DNA of 64,000 nt, taken from Octopus sinensis (Eukaryota). A program made the translations under genes and the position numbers. The stretch covers positions 17,794,001 to 17,858,000 of the forward strand of contig NC_043021.1 in the NCBI RefSeq assembly GCF_006345805.1, in the 5' to 3' direction. Position 1 is the stretch's first letter. Each line of letters opens with the position of its first letter. Below are positions 55,315 through 64,000 of this stretch, in pieces. Under the pieces are notes generated by a model. The model saw only the letters and a list, made by a program, of their open reading frames with translations, did no database searches and had not been told where the DNA came from.

Positions 55315-55445
55315 CAGGGTGTCCCAAAAAAATGTATACACATAGTGGTTTGGCAAAAGAGAACGATAGAATAAGTACTAGGCTTACAAAGAATAACAAA
55401 TTTACAATTATTTAAGGTGTGTATACATTTTTTGGGGACACCCTG
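55315..55445. mobile_element. Tc1/mariner-type MITE with 27-bp TIRs
   Basis: cagggtgtcccaaaaaatgtatacaca ... tgtgtatacattttttggggacaccctg, set in (TA)n. Confidence 0.85.
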
Positions 55446-55453
55446 TATATATA

Positions 55454-55488
<35 letters not shown>

Positions 55489-56097
55489 AGTGCAGTTCAT
55501 ACACAGTGGTTTCTTCACATTTGCACAGCTGGCTGGCTGGGTTGGTCAGCCATCCACCCAGCAAGCTAGGCCATTTCGACTGTTACATCAACTAGCAAGC
55601 TAGTTAGTTGCTAAATAAATATGTTCTTCAGATACCATTCTAGAAGAGAGGAAATTTACCAACCCACCAACCAACCCACACATGGAATGTTGTTAAGTAC
55701 TGTTAAACCATGCACATAGCTAAAATATACCCACTTAACAAATAAGCAAATACAAAAGAAAGGGTATGTGTGAAGGCGAGGGGGGGGTCACTCGAGTAAT
55801 AAAGAAGTGGGGAGAGGATTTTTTTTTTTTGAAGCCTTGGGTGGGAGGGCTTCCCCCTAAAAAAATAGAATTCTTTAAAATCAATTGAATATCTTTAAAG
55901 AGACTAATAAATTAATTTATAAGAAAAACTGAAAGCATTTGAATAAAGAGTGTGTATAATAAGGAGAGGAGGTGGAAATAATAAATTATCAAGCTCTTGG
56001 CATAGAGCAGCCGACATTTGCTTTTGCCTTCCTTGCCAGCCAGCTACCACCCCCCACCCCCTCGTCTCCCGCCACTGACAATCATAAATCCATTCAC

Positions 56098-56128
<31 letters not shown>

Positions 56129-56888
56129 ACCCCGACATATTAAACAGTGGAAGAAGTGAGCACCGTAACATGTTCATGTTCACACTGTTCTCAAAAACAG
56201 AGAAGAGGAAAAAAAAGAAGAAAAAAAAAAAGCAGGAGAGAGAGAGAAAGAGAAGTGGGAAGTGCAGCGGTGTCCAATAGCACTTCTCTGCTGCTCCTTC
56301 CTTCCTTCCCGCCATCACACACTGCTGCCAAAGACTGCTACCACAGAACACTGCTGCCACCACCTCCCTGCCAACTTTAATAACAGCTATGACTCCATCG
56401 CCAAGTCATCCTTAGCCTAGTAATGGCAACAACATCCCGAATTCTTCTTGTTTATGACAGCAGTAATGGCAGATTTGGTAACCACTGCTTTAACCCAGGC
56501 AGAAATCAATATTATAAAACAAGAAAATGATGAAAGCGTGCTAGTGGCAGTAGTTATGTTCAGACATCACCAACACAGCTTTAATAGCACAAGCGTGCCA
56601 TCACAAGCAGTCCTGTCCTCTTGCTGAGATACCAATAACAGAATTATTAGAGGAGTAGCACACACAAGAAAAGAAAGAAAGAAAAAAAAAATATATGAGA
56701 GAGAGAGAGAGAAAGAGACTGGGAGGGGGTGGGGGGAAGAATGTCAATAGAAATAGCTTAGATTTGCTGTTTCTTTTGCTTGTTATTAATCTTACTACCT
56801 CCTTGAATCTTGTCTGAGTAACTGTAGAATATGTTCGGTGCAGTAAATATTTGAGAAGCCAAGGGGAAGGAGGAGAAGGGAGGGGGTA

Positions 56889-56930
<42 letters not shown>

Positions 56931-58014
56931 AATGAATTGGTTAAAAAGATAATAGAGACTGGAGAAGAGAGCTGAGAGGCGTCAATAATTTCTACCCACA
57001 ATGACTGCCTAATTCAGTTACTGGCTGATTACAAATACTTGACCTATATATTTATAATCTTACATTACACCAAATGTAAATACATTTTCACTAGACCAGA
57101 TGTAAATAAGATTTTTTTTTTTTTTCTAAAATAAAATAAAAAAAACACAGAAATACCGTTTTCACACACAGCTTACAAATATAATTCCAAACCATAATTA
57201 AATATACTAGAGCAGATAGAAATCTAGTTATTTGTCAGGGATTCCAAAATATATAACTTAGCAAAATATTTTAATTTTAATTTTTATTAAAAAAACCCAA
57301 TAAATTTACTTAGGGGATAAACAGATTTTTAAAATATAAACAAACCATCAAGTTTTGTGTTGTTCTTGTTGTTTTTAACTTGCACCCAACTAAACAGAAT
57401 GTTTCAAAAAAGTATGATAAACTAGAACAATATATGGATTAAGTGCATCACTAATTAATTTTCACTATGTAAGCGTTGAAATCATTCAGTTAAGGAGATG
57501 AACACACCCTCTCTCACTCTCGCCTGTAAAGAACTTTGCAAGCTACCAGCCATAAAGATATAAACTCTTTAGTATGTTAGTTCACCCAGCCTGATAATAC
57601 CATCAATATTATTGTAACTTCAAAGCACGGAAGCAAAGTGGCATATTAAGTACAACATAATCCACATAGAAAAGAATAAGTCAATAATTTACAATAAAAA
57701 CACTTGGGAGTCCATTATTAATTGCACACACACACACACACACACACAGAGCAGTAAAAGTAGCAATGGATAAGAACAATTAGTTCACAAATCAAGATTA
57801 TTATTATTAATAATAATAATAATAAAGTACTCACTCTCTACATTCTAGGTTCTAATCCCACTGAGGTTAACTCTGCCTTTCATTACTTCAAGGTTGATAG
57901 AATAAAGTAGGAGTCAAGTGTTGGAGTTGATGGTAGCAAATAACCTCACTCCAAAAAACTTGCTAGCCTTGTGCCGAAATCAGAAATTATTATTATTATT
58001 AATATTAATGAGTG

Positions 58015-58500
58015 AGAAAGCAGCACATGTCATCAGAGTGATGCTGGGATATGACTATATAAAGCCCAATATACCCATCATGACTACCTGTCTGTTAAGG
58101 GTACACCAGGCACATGAATCACAACCATATATAGGTGACATAGTGACATCAATATCTAGATAAACAGTGCATTATCTTGCAGGTGGAGGCTCAGAATTTT
58201 CTTCAGGTCGAGCAGCTCATTCTGCTCAAAAGGTTCCTGAATAAGGATTGTTTGAGGATGATCCCTCTCACCAAATGGCTATGATGCTCCCCCAGTACCC
58301 CTGCTCATGATCAGAGATACACATAACGCCAGCCACTAAAGGGACATACTCAACTGGTCGAGATTAAACAACTTGGCAAGCAAATATCTACAGTATTAAG
58401 CAGAATATTTGCTGTAGCTCAACTTTTACACCAAGGCAAACCATGTACATGTTAACACTTTCAACCAGTTAAGATCAGAAACCATTGCCTGATATTGCAT
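58015..58500. mobile_element. Interspersed repeat fragment, probably a LINE untranslated region
   Basis: Resembles a common octopus repeat recalled from memory; no ORF and only one copy in the window. Confidence 0.45.
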
Positions 58501-60163
58501 CATCATTGTTGTTGTTGTCGTTGTACCTCTAAAAGATTAAAGCTATAGTTTACTCAATAATAATTTTGATATTCCTAGAACTGACAATTTCATAATTTTA
58601 GTAGATCCAACACAAAAGCAAATATTGTTTACAGTGTAAATAAAGATCACCAACTGAACACAAGGAATCAAAATGAAAACTTAATTTGTTAAATTCATCT
58701 AATAAAGCCCGTCTATATTTATTAAACACATCTCCTAAGAATATGAGATTTTGGCTGATTTCTAATAATTTCATTTAAGCCAGAAACTTAACCAGTTTAG
58801 ACTATCAGACAAAACCCAAGAAGCAGAAGCTGCCTCTGGGGACTCAAACCTGTAGAGAAATTCAAAAGACTGTTTTGATAAAAATGGTAGAACATCTATC
58901 ATGTTAATACAGAAGATGTGGGTTCAATTCCCATGAGCAACCTTTGAGTTTTCTATCCAAAGGGGTTTTTAAGCTAAATATTTTACATGCTATTAATTCT
59001 AGTTTTATGAATGTCTGTCTAGTCCCGCCATTATAAACAAAAATCATTCCACGTTCCCTCAAAGTTTCTAAACCCTTATGATGTAAAAAAAAAAAAAAAG
59101 AAAAAGTAGTTTTGTTGATGCTAAAGGAAGTTATTGTTCCTCAAAGTAATTTAACAAAAAACGAAACCAACAAAGACTATTAGTAATATAAAATGTGTTA
59201 CTAGTTCAAGTGGGTATTTATAGTTAATATATTATTAAACAGGCTATCAACAATCACTGGTATGTATCAGTTGCAAACGTAAGTGGATGAGAGGGGGGGA
59301 GAGAGAGAGGGAGAGAGAGAGAGAGACAAACATTACTCTGTCTCAAATATCAACAGGAGATCAACAGATATGTTAAATCTAGATTTAGAATAAGATGTCA
59401 GGGAGGAGGAGAAATATGATGTAACCAAACCAGTGTGCCAACGGTGTAATGCTGAGGTATTAAGTACATCAACCCTTCTGATACCAACTTGCCTGACACC
59501 ACCCCTTGTTCTACGATGCAGACTTCCTCCTTTTGAAGTTATCTAAATTAAAACAACCTTCCATCAAAATTTTAATCTACGTTCCAAATACCAGATTAAT
59601 AACGACCGAGTTATTTTTATTAAATTCATTATTTTCTAAATTAATTAAAACAAAGGCAGATTATTTCAATAGAAATATGGTAACAAAAAAGGTTAAGCTA
59701 CAAGTATCAAGTCATTTGATCTGCTATAGTAGACAAGTCTTAAAAAAATGGATTCAAAGAAGTAAATTATTCCTCACAAAAAGACAGGAAGGTCATGGTA
59801 GGAATGCCTTTTAGCCCATTAACATATAAACTTCACATTCAAACAACAATAAAAACAAAGAGTAGGACTGTTCAATAGTTTGGATTCATTAAAAGTTAAT
59901 ATACAAAAAGTACTTAAAATTCAAATTAATATTTGGTTCTAAATTAATTTGCTTATTATACCATTTTGTGGGCCACCAGACTGATTGCATTAACGAGTTG
60001 ATCACAGGACGGCTGGATCAAAACCCATCTGAGTCAAAAACAACAAAAACAGTCTTCTATTGTTTGGCTGGAGTTGAACTAAACAGGATTTACCAGAATA
60101 TTTTGCAATTTTCCACAAAAATGAAGACAACTGGACACAGTAATAATGTTTCTAATTATAAGC

Positions 60164-60389
60164 TTAACCCTTTAGTATTTAAACCGGCCATATCCGGCCC
60201 AAATATTCTACTTGTTCTATATTCAAACTGGCAGGATCTGGCTTTGTACACTTATCCTACAATGTCATTCTAAGAATAAGCAATCACATCATCAAAATTT
60301 CAATACTACATCTTTGCATGATTAATTCAAAACAATTTGATTACATAAGCAATACATTTGACAGAATAATCTGAATATTAAAGGGTTAA
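60164..60389. mobile_element. piggyBac-like MITE, family 2
   Basis: TTAA-CCCTTTAG...AAAGGG-TTAA; related copies near 20983-21195, 23818-24045 and 39545-39724 (inverted). Confidence 0.8.
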
Positions 60390-60870
60390 GGACAAAAATT
60401 TGAAAGTATGGGTTAACTGACTATAGCGATCCTAGTACTTCACTGGTACATTATTTTATTGACCCAGGAGGAATGAAAGGCAAAGTAGACCCCAGCAGAA
60501 TTTGGTCACAAAATATAGAGGCTGAAGAAATAGCACAAAGCATTTTGCCCAATGCTCTAACCATTCTATCAATCCATTGCACTTCAATAATTCTTTTCTT
60601 AATTTTGGCACAAGGTTAGCGATCCTGAAGGGAGCAGAGAGTCAATTACATCAACCCAAGGTCACAACTGGTACTTATTTTATTAACTCCAAAAGGGTGT
60701 AAAAGACAAAGTCAATCTCAGCAGCATTTGAACTCAGAATGTAAAGAGCCCATGCTGTAGCAATTCTACCAATCTACCTCCCTCATCATGCTAAAGACCA
60801 GACTTTTGGGCAAAGTTTTATCACAGCAGTAATCCATAAACAAATATATTTAACCTGTAAAATAGTAAAC

Positions 60871-60909
<39 letters not shown>

Positions 60910-61678
60910 TCATTTGTAGCACTCCTCATTATTTCTGTTTAATACCTATCCCACTCTGGATGTGGAAACAATTGACAATTTATTACAACTTCTGTCACAA
61001 TTTTAATTAACATTAATCATAAGTACTAAATAAATGCAAATAAACAAACCAATTTTCTTTCTCGATTTCGTTTTGTTTTTAATTCAGATCAGAATATAGA
61101 ATTAGTGACAATTTTTAGCAGAAAATTTACTCCAAGCATTCCTAAACTTCAAAGTTAAAGACAAAAGAAAAATAATAATGTTCTCAATTCTCAGTTATTT
61201 TTTATTGAAATCACATCATTGTGAGAATTCTGCTAAGTTAATTAGCATTTCAAACATTGCACCATCTGGTTATGATGGCAGAGTTTTAAGAAAAAGAAAA
61301 AAATATTGAAATTATAATAAATCATTAAAATCTGAGCCCTTCCCCGCTCCTTGCAGATAGCTTCCTTTAAAGTCTATTTAAAACTGCCTCGAAAGAATGA
61401 CATAACAAAATCTCTCTCACAGAATAAATCAACACTTGAGATTAGATGACCTCAAATATTTTTCCATACACATTTAGTCATTCATTAAAACATGTAGACA
61501 AAGTTTTCACATAACTAATTCACACATACTGTCTCTAAGCAATGCTGGGAGCAGAAGTTTCCAAATTTGTTCAACAGTAACAAAAATATTATTAAAATAT
61601 TCTATCAAGGAATATCCTACTTTAAATACAATGTTTAAAAAAAGCTACACTGAATGGTTATATTGCATGACTTACTAA

Positions 61679-61721
<43 letters not shown>

Positions 61722-62908
61722 TACACATGTATACCTACATACACTACTTACTTGGATATAAATCACTATTCTATCATAGCTTTTAATTGAAAAAACTGGG
61801 ATACAACATATACACTGAAGAAAGCTAAAACTAAAAGGGGAAAAAAATTTGTACTAAGATTTAATACCAAATTAAGGGTGTGACTTACAGATGAGTCAAT
61901 ACACAAGAGCCCATCATGTGTATGTGTGTGTAGATATATATATATATACATACACACACACACACACACATACATAATCTTGCGTTTTGAGTCAGGTAAA
62001 TTAATTTATTGGCTAAAAGCTTAAGATTTGGGTGGTAGTTCTCAAAACAAACAATTAAGTCAACATGACAGCAAGTTAGAGCTGGTTGTCAACAACAAAA
62101 GCACTTGGATTGATAGATAAATCAACCTATGTGTTAAGTGCTATCAATGAGATAGTCTTATATGGCAAAACACAATAGCAGTAACTCAGTCCAACCAACA
62201 CTTAAAACACAGTTTGATAGCTGAGTGGTAAAGTGCAAATCTACCTGCATGCCTGTAAGTTTTTAAACTGAGAACATGAATTATAAGACAATAATTACTA
62301 CTAGCAATAAATTTAAGAGAAAACATAAACATGCAACATATTGATTTTGTGCATAGGAAACATTTAACATTCTATGGTGTATCTTGTCTTCTTTGACAGA
62401 CAACAAAGCAGGACAGTTATGTATTGTGATCACCGTACATATTGGTGTCTTCACCGAAGATAACAGACACTGCAAGACGACCACAAGACATTGGGAAACT
62501 ACTAGAAATGATCCATCAAAAATTTCTTTTAACTGAAATCAGTGAAAATACATCCAAACTGCATTTGTTGCACATAACATCTTCAAACAAGGAAAGAACT
62601 TTGCCAAATATTCACACAAAATTTGATATGAAATATTTTTAAATGTTATTTACAGTTGCTGTTGCTACTAGTTGATTTATCTGCCTTTTCCCTTAACTAA
62701 CCGGGCACATGGCCTTGTGGTTAGGGTTTTGAGTCCATAATCATAAGGCCATGGGTTCAATTCTTGAAAAATGTTCTGCTGTGTCCTTGAATAAAGTACA
62801 TAATCTCACATTGTGCCGGTTCTACCCAGCTGAAAATGAATACTGATCAAGTGCTAGTGTAACCCTTTCTTCCTCTAGCTGTTCCACTGGGTTAAGGGTG
62901 TGAGAACC

Positions 62909-63131
62909 CTTCATCTCAATCGAAGGAGAGGAACTTTCTCTGTCCGGGTTGCGGATCCATGGAACAAGCTGCCAGACGAGATGGTGAAGATGCCGACGAC
63001 CGCTTTGTTCAAAGCCTCCCTTGACCTCAAGTGGCCTGAACTCTTTACATGAACACCACCCTGTACTTAACTCCATGTCCCCCTACATGGCCTTGCTATT
63101 TGCTTTTGAGCCAAATTAACTAACTAACTAA
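62909..63131 (+). mobile_element. 5'-truncated young CR1-clade LINE 3' end with (TAAC)n tail
   Basis: Stop-free LHLNRRRGTFSVRVADPWNKLPDEMVKMPTTALFKASLDLKWPELFT* (TGA at 63050-63052) matches the CR1 ORF2 end (FFS.RV...WNKLP...FK..LD); possible TSD agaacc. Confidence 0.85.
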
Positions 63132-63866
63132 GAACCACGAAGGGATCTATATCTGCTTGCAACTACATAAGCACCTAGAACAAACAGCGAAAGCATGGTA
63201 CAAGCCACCAGGTTATACTCTCCTGCGAGTGACAGTTAAACACCAAACAAGCAAGCCCTCCTCAGCTTGCTACCCCTACCTCCTCCTGTTCATGTTTTAC
63301 TATTTTATTTACATCAGAATGATTTTTTTTTTTAAACAAAGCAGAGGAATTTACAATAACAATAGTGATTGTCAAATATTGACAACGGAATAAACTGCTA
63401 CAATAAATATGTCAATGTAACCTAAAACCTAGCAGTTGGAAAATATGTGTGTCTAATCGAGACAACTGCTTTAACACTTTCTCGCAATTGTCTTTGATCT
63501 ACAAATCACTACAATGTCAACACCAAATACACAGACAGGCAGACAAGATGAAGCCTGCAGATAAAGTTCTCTAAGATTTCTCAAATTTCTGAGATGACTT
63601 CCTTCCTATCCGCCTACAAAATGGCAGTTTATGAAAACCAGTTTTTTTTTTTTTTTTTATCTCTTTTTGTTGTTTGTTTCTTTCAACTCTGAGTCACTTT
63701 CTAAAGACACTCAATATAACATATGTAACATGTGATGTGATGTTTAAAGCCCCAGAAGTTGCGATTTTTCATCTAAGAAAAATTCCTTTCTCAAGACATA
63801 TAGTCAGTGGTTCTCAACTGTGGCTCATACAGTCTCATATGACCCTCAAGCATCCTTTCCATGGCC

Positions 63867-64000
63867 CTCATCATCATCATCATCATCATCGTTTAACGTC
63901 CGTTCTCCATGCTAGCATGGGTTGGATGGTTCGACCGGGGATCTGGGAAGCCAGAAGGCTGCACCAGGCTCCGGTCTTATCTGGCAATGTTTCTACAGCT
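63867..64000 (-). mobile_element. Retroposon 3' end with (GAT)n tail, truncated by the window edge
   Basis: Inverted homologue of 50031-50170. Confidence 0.7.

Noticed and set aside
62398-62535. Plus-strand open frame DNKAGQLCIVITVHIG... after an acceptor-like site
   Set aside because: Isolated, antisense to the host gene and without recognisable homology.

Overview
AT-rich, microsatellite- and SINE-rich animal genomic DNA. The repeat families look like coleoid cephalopod (Octopus-like) repeats, recognised from memory and not database-checked. The only firm coding feature is a 109-nt minus-strand internal exon (1525-1633) of Mediator subunit MED13, encoding (E)[35 protein letters not shown](R). 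I could not find the conserved upstream MED13 exons (NGASLEDC.., xDLxGIKW..ELWIFW) by eye, so most of the window is probably one intron of more than 62 kb. That interval is filled with SINEs, MITEs and decayed LINE/DIRS fragments. It also contains a CpG-retaining promoter-like island (about 40.7-46.5 kb), a candidate 3-nt microexon, candidate cryptic or poison exons and a pre-miRNA-like hairpin. Nearly all ORF-track entries are microsatellite or repeat artefacts. I found no firm evidence of a new multi-gene system; the most promising leads are regulatory.
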